DNA of 64,000 bases from contig JBNAVT010000001.1 of assembly GCA_049700215.1 (NCBI GenBank), forward strand, positions 17,744 through 81,743. Reading direction: 5' to 3'. Both the position numbers and the translations under genes were made by a program. The notes under the pieces are model-generated. The model saw only the letters and a list, made by a program, of their open reading frames with translations. It was not told the origin of the DNA and did no database searches. This stretch comes from Thermoproteota archaeon. GTDB lineage: Archaea > Thermoproteota > EX4484-205 > JAAOZP01. The number at the start of each line of letters is the position of its first letter. The stretch's first letter is position 1. Positions 1 through 9,511 of the stretch are shown piece after piece.

Positions 1-2
1 GG

Positions 3-314
3 AACCTTTACAGCTACCTGCTTATTCAGAGTGTTAGAGGCGTACTCTACGCGTTTTTCACCGTCTCAGGAATGTCGATCAGCTCAAGCCTTGGAGGAAG
101 CAGGAGAAGAGGGCTTTACGCTGGCTTTTACAATCTTTCACTTCAACTGGGAACAGCCTCCGGCCCCTACTTTGGCGGCATGGTTTCGGATTACCAGGGA
201 TTATGGGCCATGTTTGCACTCTCTTCAGCCTTGTCCGTGGTCTCCGCAATGCTTCTCACCCCGTGGATAATGGGAAATCGTAAAAAAGGAGTACGGCAGA
301 GTGTTTTAGGCTAG
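3..314 (+). CDS. MFS-type permease, C-terminal fragment (5' end outside window)
   Basis: Frame is open from the window edge. Tail ...GLYAGFYNLSLQLGTASGPYFGGMVSDYQGLWAMFALSSALSVVSAMLL reads as the last TM helices of a major-facilitator transporter. Confidence 0.5.
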   Translation, partial: NLYSYLLIQSVRGVLYAFFTVSGMSISSSLGGSRRRGLYAGFYNLSLQLGTASGPYFGGMVSDYQGLWAMFALSSALSVVSAMLLTPWIMGNRKKGVRQSVLG

Positions 315-360
315 AGTAAACCTTTAATGAAGCGTTAAAAAACAGGGCATTCGTTAAGGC

Positions 361-1959
361 TTAGCTTTTCTCCTCTGTCTTGGGTTTCACTGTTAATATT
401 ACTTCGTCGACGCCTATTATCGTCGTAGCCAGTTCCACGGCTGAAACCATCCAGCTTTTAACTACGAGATAAGGGTCAACCACCTTTCCGTCCAGATCCG
501 CTACTTCCCGGCTGATAGCGTCTATTCCGTATCCCGCGCCATCTTTAGAATGCTTGCTGTTAAGCAGCGACATCGTTGTTAGAGGCTTCATGCCGACATT
601 TGTAGCAAGGGTTCTTACAAGCGATTCCAGGCTGTCGGCGAAAGCCTCGTATATCAGTCTATCCTCCTCAGACTGGTTCTCCGCACTTCTCCTCAACGCC
701 CTCACTATCTCAAGCAGCTCCGCGCCGCCGCCGACGACGCGTCTCGGATCCCTGTATAGGCTGAGGACTGCTGAGAGTGCGTGTTTAAACTCTCTCTCAT
801 ACTCTTTTAAAAGATCCTCGTTTACGCTTCTCAAAAGTATTGAAACAGCCTTTGGCTCGCGGCAGCCTTCTACGAAAACTATTTTCTCGTTTTCGAAAAC
901 CTCTTCCCTGACGGTGTCTGCCCTGCCAAGCTTATCCTCAGAAACATCCTCCGGGTCTGAAACGATCTTTCCATAGGTTGCTCTCTCAAGCCTCTCCATG
1001 TCTGACCTTTTCACCCGTCTGACTGCTGTGACGCCGTTCCTGTAGAGGTATTGCTGTGCAAGCTCGTCTATACCCTTCTGGCAGAAAACAACGTTGGCTC
1101 CAGACTTAACTATCCTGTCAACCCTTTCCCTTATCATCTCCTCCTCTTCCCTAATGAACCCGCGGAGCTCCTCAGTCGTCTTAACCTCTATTTCAGTCGA
1201 TATTTCAGTCTTCTTAACCTCCAGAGCGTAGTCTATCAGTGCAATCCTAGCGTCTTTAACTGTTTTACTCATGTTCGGATGGACGACTTCCTTGTCGACT
1301 ATAACACCGTTTACAAGCCTGGAGTCTAAAACCTCGTGCCCACGCTTCCTAACTATGCTCACCCAGTCTATGTCCGCGTAATACCCGCCGTCCCTCTTTT
1401 CAACAATTCTTTCAGCAGTGCTCAGAACTATTTCGGCAAGACGTTTCCTCTCGTCTGGAGAGGAGAAGAAAGTGATCGCCGTTTCAGCAATCCTCTTAAG
1501 CTTCTCCCTGTCTGAAAGGTCAACCGGCTTAGCGTCCTTCTCAAGCTTTTCAAGAGCCTCGGTGAGCGCCTTATTATACCCTCTGACTATTGAAATCGGG
1601 CTTATTCCCTGCTTATACAGGCTGTACGCGTTCCTAACTAGGTCGCAGGTTAAAAGTATGAGTGAAGTGGTACCGTCTCCAACCTCTTTCTCAAGAGCCT
1701 TGGCAGCGTCTATTATTATCTTGCCCACCGGGTGTTCAATACTCGCCTCGCTGAGAATAGTTACCCCGGTCTTAGTCACCGTGACGTCTCCGACTGTGCC
1801 TACTAGGAGCTTGTTTAAGCCTCTTGGACCATAGGCGGTTCTGACAACCTCGCCTATTACGAGCGAGGCTACAATATTGTTTTCATAAGCCTCCTCCTTG
1901 CTCCTCCTCACGGTTGTTTCTTTAAGCACTATTGCCGGTCTAGTCTGTTCATAGGCCAT
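361..1959 (-). CDS. ths: thermosome subunit (group II chaperonin)
   Basis: 532-aa ORF with AYGPRGLNKLLV, EVGDGTTSLILL and a GVDEVIL tail. The + strand ORFs inside it are antisense shadows. Confidence 0.95.
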   Translation of the reverse strand: MAYEQTRPAIVLKETTVRRSKEEAYENNIVASLVIGEVVRTAYGPRGLNKLLVGTVGDVTVTKTGVTILSEASIEHPVGKIIIDAAKALEKEVGDGTTSLILLTCDLVRNAYSLYKQGISPISIVRGYNKALTEALEKLEKDAKPVDLSDREKLKRIAETAITFFSSPDERKRLAEIVLSTAERIVEKRDGGYYADIDWVSIVRKRGHEVLDSRLVNGVIVDKEVVHPNMSKTVKDARIALIDYALEVKKTEISTEIEVKTTEELRGFIREEEEMIRERVDRIVKSGANVVFCQKGIDELAQQYLYRNGVTAVRRVKRSDMERLERATYGKIVSDPEDVSEDKLGRADTVREEVFENEKIVFVEGCREPKAVSILLRSVNEDLLKEYEREFKHALSAVLSLYRDPRRVVGGGAELLEIVRALRRSAENQSEEDRLIYEAFADSLESLVRTLATNVGMKPLTTMSLLNSKHSKDGAGYGIDAISREVADLDGKVVDPYLVVKSWMVSAVELATTIIGVDEVILTVKPKTEEKS

Positions 1960-2056
1960 TTCGTATCACCTCAGTACTCCTTCCTTTAAAAGACTTTTTA
2001 AAAGCTTTTCCTAAGAGACAACATTTATTAGGTTAGTGTTCTTCTTCTGCGCAAGT

Positions 2057-2284
2057 TTGGGAAAGATCTACGACAGCCGGGTTAAAGGGGTTGCGAGGAT
2101 GCTGCTGCTTAAATACGGTGATCTCTTCACCAACGATTATTACGCGAACAAGCAGGTTTTGAGGAAGATCGCGGTTTTCCAGTCTAAGAAGCTTCTGAAC
2201 AGGGTTGCCGGCTATATTACGTCAGTTAAATCCTCGGAGGGAGGAGGACGGCGGGAGGAGGTTATTGAGGTTGGAGAAGAGTGA
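2057..2284 (+). CDS. rps17e: 30S ribosomal protein eS17
   Basis: LGKIYDSRVKGVARMLLLKYGDLFTNDYYANKQVL...LLNRVAGYITSV matches the archaeal S17e pattern. I chose the TTG at 2057 over the track start at 2036. Confidence 0.8.
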   Translation: MGKIYDSRVKGVARMLLLKYGDLFTNDYYANKQVLRKIAVFQSKKLLNRVAGYITSVKSSEGGGRREEVIEVGEE

Positions 2285-2648
2285 GTTCCCAATCTTTCTC
2301 TCTGTCTTCGACTACGGCTGGTTGAAGAGGGCTCTGAGGGAAGCTGAAGCCTATCTAAAGGAGTCTAAGAAGGCTTCTCCGCCTTTAAAACTCATATACG
2401 CGAGGATGTCAATCCTTTCAAGCAGAATGCTTGTAACCATGCTTTTCCCACCGATGAGCAAGTATGAGAACGCTAACGTCAGCGAAGAGGCTTCCAACCC
2501 TGTTGAGTATAGGCTTCGAAGCCTATACGATAAGGCTCTTGAAAAGGTTGAAAAAATACAGCTTTCAGAGGACGAGGCTGTGGAGATAAGTGATTTCCTG
2601 TATAACCTTTCATCCACAATCCTCGAGCAGATTCTCAGCAAAAACTAG
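2271..2648 (+). CDS. hypothetical helical protein
   Basis: Open frame after eS17 with no recognisable motif. Start is uncertain (TTG at 2265 or 2271). Confidence 0.35.
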   Translation: MEKSEFPIFLSVFDYGWLKRALREAEAYLKESKKASPPLKLIYARMSILSSRMLVTMLFPPMSKYENANVSEEASNPVEYRLRSLYDKALEKVEKIQLSEDEAVEISDFLYNLSSTILEQILSKN

Positions 2649-2766
2649 CGTGTCAGGCGCTTGCTTTCAGGTTTAAATAGTTCCTTCAGCATATTTTCTC
2701 GAATGATGTGAACTGACCTGCTCTGAGAGAACGACTCTATGAAGACCATGCACCTCTCTGAGGTTT

Positions 2767-3360
2767 TCAATCCTGTTTAAAATGGCTGAGTCTCTTCAAG
2801 TAGCTGTCTACAATCATTGGCGGCAGCCCGATGTCTATCAGCATATCTCTGAATTCATCGAGTGTTTTACCGCCTTCTTTAAGATTCTTCTGAGCGAGGC
2901 TTCTCACTGTTTCCCCAATCTCATGGGGGAAAATGATCCATTTCTCAGTTTTCTTAACATAGTAGTCTGGCTTCAACGTGCTCCAAGGCTTATAGTATAC
3001 GGTTGCAACCCTAACCTCTCGAGCACCCTTGGCTTCAAGATGTCTGCGCACTATCTCCAAGCTTCTACCAGTATCTGCAACGTCGTCAACAACCAGCACC
3101 CTCTTCCCGTAAACGTCGACGTTAACATCCTGCAGGATTCTGGGCTCACGGCCTGTTTTTTTAACATCCTCGTAGAAGGCAACCCTTATGATCCCTATCT
3201 CCGGTTTTTCAAACTCGTCTGAAAAAATCCTGAGCGGGACGAGTCCTCCTCTTGAAACCCCGATTATGACTTCAGGCGTATATCCTGATTTCAAAACTTT
3301 CTCAACGAGCTCCAGCGTGAGCTGGTAGAAATGCTCCCAGCTTATTACTTCGAATTCCAT
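2767..3360 (-). CDS. purine phosphoribosyltransferase (Hpt/Gpt-like)
   Basis: PRTase motifs VIIGVSRGGLVP and RVLVVDDVADTGRSLE. Start placed at MEFEVISWEHFY (ATG 3360), because the upstream part of the track ORF looks non-coding. Confidence 0.8.
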   Translation of the reverse strand: MEFEVISWEHFYQLTLELVEKVLKSGYTPEVIIGVSRGGLVPLRIFSDEFEKPEIGIIRVAFYEDVKKTGREPRILQDVNVDVYGKRVLVVDDVADTGRSLEIVRRHLEAKGAREVRVATVYYKPWSTLKPDYYVKKTEKWIIFPHEIGETVRSLAQKNLKEGGKTLDEFRDMLIDIGLPPMIVDSYLKRLSHFKQD

Positions 3361-3460
3361 TCTGGCTTTAAAGCTTAAATGCTCTAAAATAAATGTTTTT
3401 ATCCCGTTTATCGGCTGAATATCCGTGTTGGACCCTGTTCGAAGCATGGATTCGCTGGGC

Positions 3461-3967
3461 ATGTGCTTCACGCTTCTAATGGTCAACAGCCTCCCGGAGG
3501 ACTGGGTTAGCCTAACGGCCGAGTTGAAGAAGAATAGGAGAGTTTTCATCCAGTTTTTCAACCCGGCCTGCCTAGTGAGCGAGCTAATCCCTTTCCTAGC
3601 CTATAATGTTCACCAGGCTTTCAAACACGGGTACAACGTGCTCAAAGGCTTTGAGCAAGAGCTTCTGGTGGCGCTTTACGGGAAGAGGAGCTTCCAGGAG
3701 GCGTCATCCACACTCGGAGCCTCGGTTTTACAGCGGGCGGCTATACTCCTTGTTTCAGAGAGTGCTGCAGTTTTAAAGGAGGCGGTGGCTGCTTTGAAGG
3801 AAGAGTTTTCTAAGAGAGGTCTGTCCGTTGAACCCTTCAAGGATGATGAGCAATTGTTCACATCCTTCTGGAGCAGCCTGCTTTCCAAGAACCTTAACGT
3901 TGAGGCGTTGAAGTATTCTGACGTGCTCGAGCTCGTCAAGGAGAGGATAGCGCTTCTATACGTTTAA
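3461..3967 (+). CDS. cgi121: Cgi121-like KEOPS subunit (tentative)
   Basis: VFIQFFNPACLVSELIPFLAYNVHQAFKHGYNVLKGFEQELLVALYGKRSFQEA resembles the Cgi121 core pattern. Start is uncertain (3425, 3446 or 3461). Confidence 0.45.
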   Translation: MCFTLLMVNSLPEDWVSLTAELKKNRRVFIQFFNPACLVSELIPFLAYNVHQAFKHGYNVLKGFEQELLVALYGKRSFQEASSTLGASVLQRAAILLVSESAAVLKEAVAALKEEFSKRGLSVEPFKDDEQLFTSFWSSLLSKNLNVEALKYSDVLELVKERIALLYV

Positions 3968-4089
3968 GTCAGGCTTGAACAGGCTGGGGAGGCGGCTCCG
4001 AGGAATTCGGGCTTTGAACGGCTTAAAGAGGCCTTCCTGGAGGCCTGACGGTTGAAACCGGGGCTCGCAAGATTAAAATACTAGTTTAC

Positions 4090-4833
4090 ATGCAGAAGAA
4101 TGCAGCCTTGGAGGCACCGGAAATAGTAGTGGACGTTAAGGAGGTCACTAAGGATTATGTTCTGAGGAGCGGTGTTGTGAAGGCTTTGAAAGGGATCGAC
4201 CTGCAGGTGAAGAGAGGGGAGTACGTGGTTGTGATGGGCCCCTCTGGAAGCGGTAAGACGACGCTGTTCAACATGATCGGCGGCTTGGATAAGCCTACGA
4301 GCGGAAGCGTTTCCATAGACAGTATAAACTTAGCTAAGATGAATGATCGCCAGCTCGCATGGGTTAGAAGCAGAAAAATAGGCTACATATTCCAGACTTT
4401 CAACTTGATACCTGTGCTTTCAGCCCAGGATAATGTTGCGCTGCCAATGGTCTTCCTCGGTATAAGCAAGGAGGAGAGGCGTAGGAAGGCTGCTGAGCTT
4501 CTTAGCCTAGTAGGCCTGGGGGACAGGCTCAGCCACAGGCCGCAGGAGCTTTCCGGTGGGCAGCAGCAGAGGGTGGCGATCGCAAGAGCGTTGGCGAACA
4601 ATCCCTCCATAATACTTGCGGACGAGCCTACGGGCAACCTCGACCTCTCAACCGGGCTTTCAATAGTTCAGCTGCTATACAGGCTTAAGGTGGAGAGAAA
4701 CACTACCGTGATATGCGCCACCCACGACCTTAAAATGGTGGACGTGTCTGACAGGCTTGCATGGCTTAGGGACGGAGTTATAGAGAGGATTGAGGAGAGG
4801 ACAACAGTAACCCTAACCGCGGAAGAAATATAG
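4090..4833 (+). CDS. ABC transporter ATP-binding protein (MacB/LolD-like)
   Basis: Walker [10 protein letters not shown], signature [15 protein letters not shown], Walker [12 protein letters not shown]. Confidence 0.9.
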   Translation: MQKNAALEAPEIVVDVKEVTKDYVLRSGVVKALKGIDLQVKRGEYVVVMGPSGSGKTTLFNMIGGLDKPTSGSVSIDSINLAKMNDRQLAWVRSRKIGYIFQTFNLIPVLSAQDNVALPMVFLGISKEERRRKAAELLSLVGLGDRLSHRPQELSGGQQQRVAIARALANNPSIILADEPTGNLDLSTGLSIVQLLYRLKVERNTTVICATHDLKMVDVSDRLAWLRDGVIERIEERTTVTLTAEEI

Positions 4834-4873
4834 TTTGGGGAAGGTGCTTCATACTTTTAACCAGGGGGATATG

Positions 4874-4881
4874 TTTTTATA
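4874..4881 (+). promoter_or_regulatory. TATA-box-like element upstream of the acidic sORF
   Basis: tttttata lies about 30 nt upstream of the ATG at 4911, which fits a leaderless or short-leader archaeal transcript. Confidence 0.35.
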
Positions 4882-4910
4882 CTGCTTTTCAAAGTTCCAT
4901 CCGACCCGAA

Positions 4911-5018
4911 ATGAGCGAGGATTTTGGCGAGGAGGAAGAAGAGGAAGAAGAATGGGAGGAAGAGGAAGAGGACTGGGAGGAAGACTGGGAAGAGGAAGAA
5001 CTAGAGGAAGAATGGTAG
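4911..5018 (+). CDS. 35-aa hyper-acidic Trp-containing small ORF (candidate)
   Basis: ATG...TAG frame reads MSEDFGEEEEEEEEWEEEEEDWEEDWEEEELEEEW. It is below the 60-aa track cutoff and lies between the ABC ATPase and ABCE1. Confidence 0.35.
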   Translation: MSEDFGEEEEEEEEWEEEEEDWEEDWEEEELEEEW

Positions 5019-5075
5019 TAAGGGCAAAGCTTTTTCTCAAATAGTTTTCAAAAAGTTTTCCAGGGTTGATACGGA

Positions 5076-6854
5076 TTGGTTAGAGTAGCCGTAATAGACA
5101 AGGACTCCTGCAAACCCACGAAGTGTGGAAAACCCTGCAGGAAATACTGCCCAATAGTTAGGATAGGCCAGGAGGCAATATACTTCGTTGAGGAAGAGAA
5201 TCCTCCCGTAATAAACGAGTACCTGTGCAGCGGATGCTGCATATGCGTTAAGAAGTGTCCTTTCAACGCCATATGGGTGGTAAACCTTCCGGACGAGCTT
5301 GAGAAGAAGGTTTTCCACAGGTATGGTGTTAACGCTTTCAAGCTCTACGGTTTCCCGGTTCTCTCTAGGGGGGCTGTTACAGGCATACTCGGCGAAAACG
5401 GAATAGGAAAGTCGACGGTGCTGAAGATAATAAGCGGGCTTGTGAAGCCGAACTTGGGAAGGGTTGGCGAAGAGGTAGGTGTGGATGAAATCCTGTCGTT
5501 CCTCAGGGGGAACGTTTCCTTCAGCCTTGTTGAAGATATTTTCAAGGGCAGGGTGAGATGCATCTATAAGCCACAGTACTTGGACGATATTCCTAGGATT
5601 ATCGGCGGTAAAAGCGTCGGGGAAACACTTGAGAAGGTGGATGAGAAGGGGGTTTTGAACGAGGTATTGGAAAAGCTGGAGCTGGAGAGCATTGTGGAAA
5701 ATAGGGTGAGCAGTCTAAGCGGTGGAGAGCTGCAAAGGCTGGCAGTTGCAGCAGCCTTTATGAGGAAGGGCGACGTATACCTGTTCGACGAGCCCTCCAG
5801 CTTCCTCGACGTGAAGCAGCGTCTCAAGGTTGCTGAGCTAATAAGCTCTCTGAAGGAGGATGGTAAGATAGTCGTTGTTGTGGAGCATGACCTCACGCTG
5901 CTCGACTATCTTGCTGACTACCTCGTGATACTCTACGGGCAGCCCTCAGTTTACGGGGTCGTCTCACAGGTTCTCTCAGCACGCGTCGGGATAAACTCCT
6001 ACCTGGAAGGCTACATAAGGCAGGAGAATATTCGTTTCAGGAGGGACAGGATAAGGTTCCATGCTCACAGCCTGGCGGAGGAGTCTCCAGCCCTGAAAAT
6101 GTTCGAATGGCCGTCGATGCAGGTTTCGCTAGGAGGCTTCACTCTTAAGGCTGAGAAGGGCTTCATAGGGGTGGGTGAGGTAATAGGCATAGCTGGCCCA
6201 AACGGGATAGGTAAGACAACTATGCTTAAAGAACTGTTAAAATATTTCTCCGGCGGAGAATCCTTGTCGGACAGCGATCTGGCTAAGAGGATAGGATACA
6301 AGCCGCAGTATGTCTCCGGCCTGTTTAAGGGGGTTGTGGGAGACCTTTTGAAAGAAGCATACGGCGGTGAGGTGCCTGAGGTTTTTGAAAGCGAGCTGAT
6401 AAAACCCCTTAAGCTGGACAGGCTTTCTGATAGGCTTGCGGAAACTCTTAGCGGCGGCGAACTTCAGGCTCTCGCGATAGCAGTAGCTCTTCTGAAGGAT
6501 TCCCCAATATACTTCTTAGATGAGCCGTGCGCATACCTGGATGTTGAACAGAGGCTTGTCGTTATACGTGCGATACGCCACACCGTTATGAATAAGAAGG
6601 CTTCAGCATTCGTTGTTGAGCACGATATTGCAGCCCTAGCCTTCCTTTCCGACAGGCTTGTCTTCATCAGGGGTGAGCCCGGTGTCCAGGGGTATGCCTC
6701 TGAACCATTGAACGTCGCCGAGGGCATGAATAGTCTTCTCAAGTATCTGGACGTAACCCTTAGAAGAGAGCCTGAAAACCTCCGTCCCAGGATAAACAAG
6801 AAGGATTCTAAGACAGACAGGCTTCAAAGGGCTCAGGGAAAGTATTACTACTAG
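5076..6854 (+). CDS. abcE1: ABCE1 / RNase L inhibitor (ribosome recycling ATPase)
   Basis: N-terminal Fe-S Cys clusters (CKPTKCGKPCRKYCP; CSGCCICVKKCP) followed by two NBDs (GENGIGKST, GPNGIGKTT; LSGGELQ twice). Confidence 0.95.
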   Translation: MVRVAVIDKDSCKPTKCGKPCRKYCPIVRIGQEAIYFVEEENPPVINEYLCSGCCICVKKCPFNAIWVVNLPDELEKKVFHRYGVNAFKLYGFPVLSRGAVTGILGENGIGKSTVLKIISGLVKPNLGRVGEEVGVDEILSFLRGNVSFSLVEDIFKGRVRCIYKPQYLDDIPRIIGGKSVGETLEKVDEKGVLNEVLEKLELESIVENRVSSLSGGELQRLAVAAAFMRKGDVYLFDEPSSFLDVKQRLKVAELISSLKEDGKIVVVVEHDLTLLDYLADYLVILYGQPSVYGVVSQVLSARVGINSYLEGYIRQENIRFRRDRIRFHAHSLAEESPALKMFEWPSMQVSLGGFTLKAEKGFIGVGEVIGIAGPNGIGKTTMLKELLKYFSGGESLSDSDLAKRIGYKPQYVSGLFKGVVGDLLKEAYGGEVPEVFESELIKPLKLDRLSDRLAETLSGGELQALAIAVALLKDSPIYFLDEPCAYLDVEQRLVVIRAIRHTVMNKKASAFVVEHDIAALAFLSDRLVFIRGEPGVQGYASEPLNVAEGMNSLLKYLDVTLRREPENLRPRINKKDSKTDRLQRAQGKYYY

Positions 6855-6881
6855 TGTTTTTCAAAAAGGTTAAGTTTTTAA

Positions 6882-7598
<717 letters not shown>

Positions 7599-7665
7599 GT
7601 CCAACTGGTTTATTGATAATCTGCAAAATCGGAACTATTTTCTAAAAGTTTTCTCCATCCCATAG

Positions 7666-7812
7666 CTATAAGTTTTTGAAACCAAGCATCCTGTAAAACT
7701 TAACCGGAGCCCTGTTCTCTTTCAACACATTAAGCCTAACGGTTTTCACACCCCTAGCCTTCAGAGTTTTCAAGCTTTCAACAACCAGCTTCCTGCCTAG
7801 CGCGTGCTTTTT
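7666..7812 (-). pseudogene. GNAT acetyltransferase C-terminal remnant
   Basis: Minus-strand frame reads KKHALGRKLVVESLKTLKARGVKTVRLNVLKENRAPVKFYRMLGFKNL*, a GNAT motif A/B tail. Frames upstream to about 8030 are broken by stops and shifts, and no intact ORF exists. Confidence 0.4.
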
Positions 7813-8029
7813 GAAAATTCTCTATACGGTGCCTCAGAATTCGAAATATACATGGAGGGCTTCTCTTTACTATGGTGGGAAGCAGATAGGCCTCGGCATG
7901 GTTAGGATTTACATCTCCACAGAGCCTGAACTCTTGACGGGTAAAGTACTGGTAGGCAGGAAGGCTTTAAACAATAAAATAAGGTCGTTGATAATGAATA
8001 TGCTGAAAAGGCGAGTTCTTCTAGAGTTT

Positions 8030-8041
8030 TAGCACGCGCTA
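8030..8041. repeat. GCGC-core palindrome copy (tagcacgcgcta)
   Basis: Member of the TAGCGCG(Y)GCTA family described in findings. Confidence 0.6.
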
Positions 8042-8087
8042 AACCCTTGTATAAACCTGTTCGACATCTTATGGCTGTTAAATAAAA

Positions 8088-8113
8088 CTTTTAATAGCAC
8101 GCGCTATTAAAAG
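8088..8113. promoter_or_regulatory. 26-nt palindrome immediately upstream of the Cys-rich ORF
   Basis: cttttaatagc-acgc-gctattaaaag has perfect 11-nt arms and ends 4 nt before the ATG at 8118. It contains TATA-like ttaata/tattaa and the tagcacgcgcta core. Confidence 0.5.
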
Positions 8114-8117
8114 TTGG

Positions 8118-8888
8118 ATGAAAAAAGAAGGAACCAAAGTTTTAACACTTATGGTTCTCAGTTTTCTTCTTATCCCTTTTTTTAATTCTGACATACGGAT
8201 TAGGTATAGATGCAGAAACTGTAGCGTAGGCTCTTCTCTATCTTTAGAAGTGGGTTCCACAGCTCCATTTGTCTGGAAGAAAATGAGAATACTTAAAGGT
8301 GAAGAAAGGAATATGCTTATCTCCAACATAATGAAGACCAATGACTATAAAATGGTGGCTCTCAGCTTGGAAAAACTAGGTCTTGAACCCCTCTTCGAAG
8401 AGGCTTGGGCAGTAGAGGTGTTAGAGGCTCGTGATGCGATACTGACCAGAACTTTAGGGGTTAGCGTTGAATTTCTTCGTAAATCTGATGGTTTTTCGCT
8501 TATCGCAATTTTCGTTCTGGAACCATATGCAAAATCGCTTGTTTACAGGTTTAACAAGGAGACGAACATGCTCAATCTGGTGAGTGGTACGATCGGCGGA
8601 AAGAACATCATCTTACCTTCAGAGGGACAAACTCTTTCATCATGCCCACCTTGCGAAGTTCTTGTGAGCGAGTGTGTATCGATCGATCTTGCCTGTGTTC
8701 TATTGCAATGCTATGACTGTTATGATGTATGCGAGATACCCACACCGGTTTGTGTCGGCTGCATCATCTTCTGGTGCGGCTTTGGTTCACTTTATCTTTG
8801 TTGCAACAGTCAGCTGGTCTGCAAACCTTGCGACCCGGCAAGTTGTTATTATGCGGAATGCATGGGTTGTCCAGGATGTGGCGGGTAA
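8118..8888 (+). CDS. secreted protein with extremely Cys-rich C-terminal tail (18 Cys in the last ~83 aa)
   Basis: N-terminal signal/TM MKKEGTKVLTLMVLSFLLIPFF. The tail SSCPPCEVLVSECVSIDLACVLLQCYDCYDVCEIPTPVCVGCIIFWCGFGSLYLCCNSQLVCKPCDPASCYYAECMGCPGCGG has many CxxC pairs. The gene is AT-rich. Confidence 0.7.
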   Translation: MKKEGTKVLTLMVLSFLLIPFFNSDIRIRYRCRNCSVGSSLSLEVGSTAPFVWKKMRILKGEERNMLISNIMKTNDYKMVALSLEKLGLEPLFEEAWAVEVLEARDAILTRTLGVSVEFLRKSDGFSLIAIFVLEPYAKSLVYRFNKETNMLNLVSGTIGGKNIILPSEGQTLSSCPPCEVLVSECVSIDLACVLLQCYDCYDVCEIPTPVCVGCIIFWCGFGSLYLCCNSQLVCKPCDPASCYYAECMGCPGCGG

Positions 8889-8910
8889 AAAGCCTCTGTG
8901 GAGCAAGTGA

Positions 8911-9345
8911 ATGAGAACATTGAATGAATACCTTCAAAAAATTTCTGAATGGAAGAAATTTGCAGTGTGGAGTATAATTACCCTAATTCCGTTAATCCTT
9001 CTCTGGTTCATAATACTCGACGAGAACATGTTCATGAGCCTGATCAGGAATCAGGGTTCCAGGGTTCCACTGATCATCGTGGCTATAGCCGCTTCAACAT
9101 CGTGGACCTATGGAGTATTGAAAAGGCTTAGACTTTATACCAGAGTCCTCCAGATCAAGCTATTACCGGGCAGGCTTATGGTCAGCATAGTGTTCTTCAC
9201 ACTATTGCTAACGGCGAAAGCAATATACTCGTGGCAAACTCAAAACTGGGGGCTGCTCGTAGGAGGTATTTTCTTCGCAACATTCTGCTTCCTACTTCTC
9301 TGGAAACTAGTTTACGGTCATCCTGAAGAAAAAGCTAAATCCTAG
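8911..9345 (+). CDS. small 4-TM membrane protein
   Basis: Four hydrophobic spans (FAVWSIITLIPLILLWFIIL, VPLIIVAIAASTSW, LMVSIVFFTLLLTA, LLVGGIFFATFCFLLLW). It starts 22 nt after the Cys-rich ORF on the same strand. Confidence 0.65.
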   Translation: MRTLNEYLQKISEWKKFAVWSIITLIPLILLWFIILDENMFMSLIRNQGSRVPLIIVAIAASTSWTYGVLKRLRLYTRVLQIKLLPGRLMVSIVFFTLLLTAKAIYSWQTQNWGLLVGGIFFATFCFLLLWKLVYGHPEEKAKS

Positions 9346-9359
9346 TAGCGCGTGCGCTA
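9346..9359. repeat. GCGC-core palindrome copy (tagcgcgtgcgcta)
   Basis: Starts 1 nt after the stop of the 4-TM ORF. Confidence 0.6.
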
Positions 9360-9511
9360 TAAACCACTTTCACCCAACCCTCTCTCTTAAGCGTTTACTT
9401 ACCGTAGTCTTTAAACACTTTCCCAGAGGATATGTAGGCATGCTGGGCGGGTACTTAACTGGGGAGCGTGCTGGAAAGCCTTATCTTAAGCCTACGCTCA
9501 GCATATTCAGA

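Noticed and set aside
4835-5044. Track ORFs 4835..5044(+) (Gly/Arg-rich, RGG-like) and 4849..5040(-) (Pro/Leu-rich).
   Set aside because: Both are alternative frames of the same GAA/GAG purine repeat. Neither has a convincing start context. The ATG 4911 frame with an upstream TATA box is the more plausible reading, though itself unproven.
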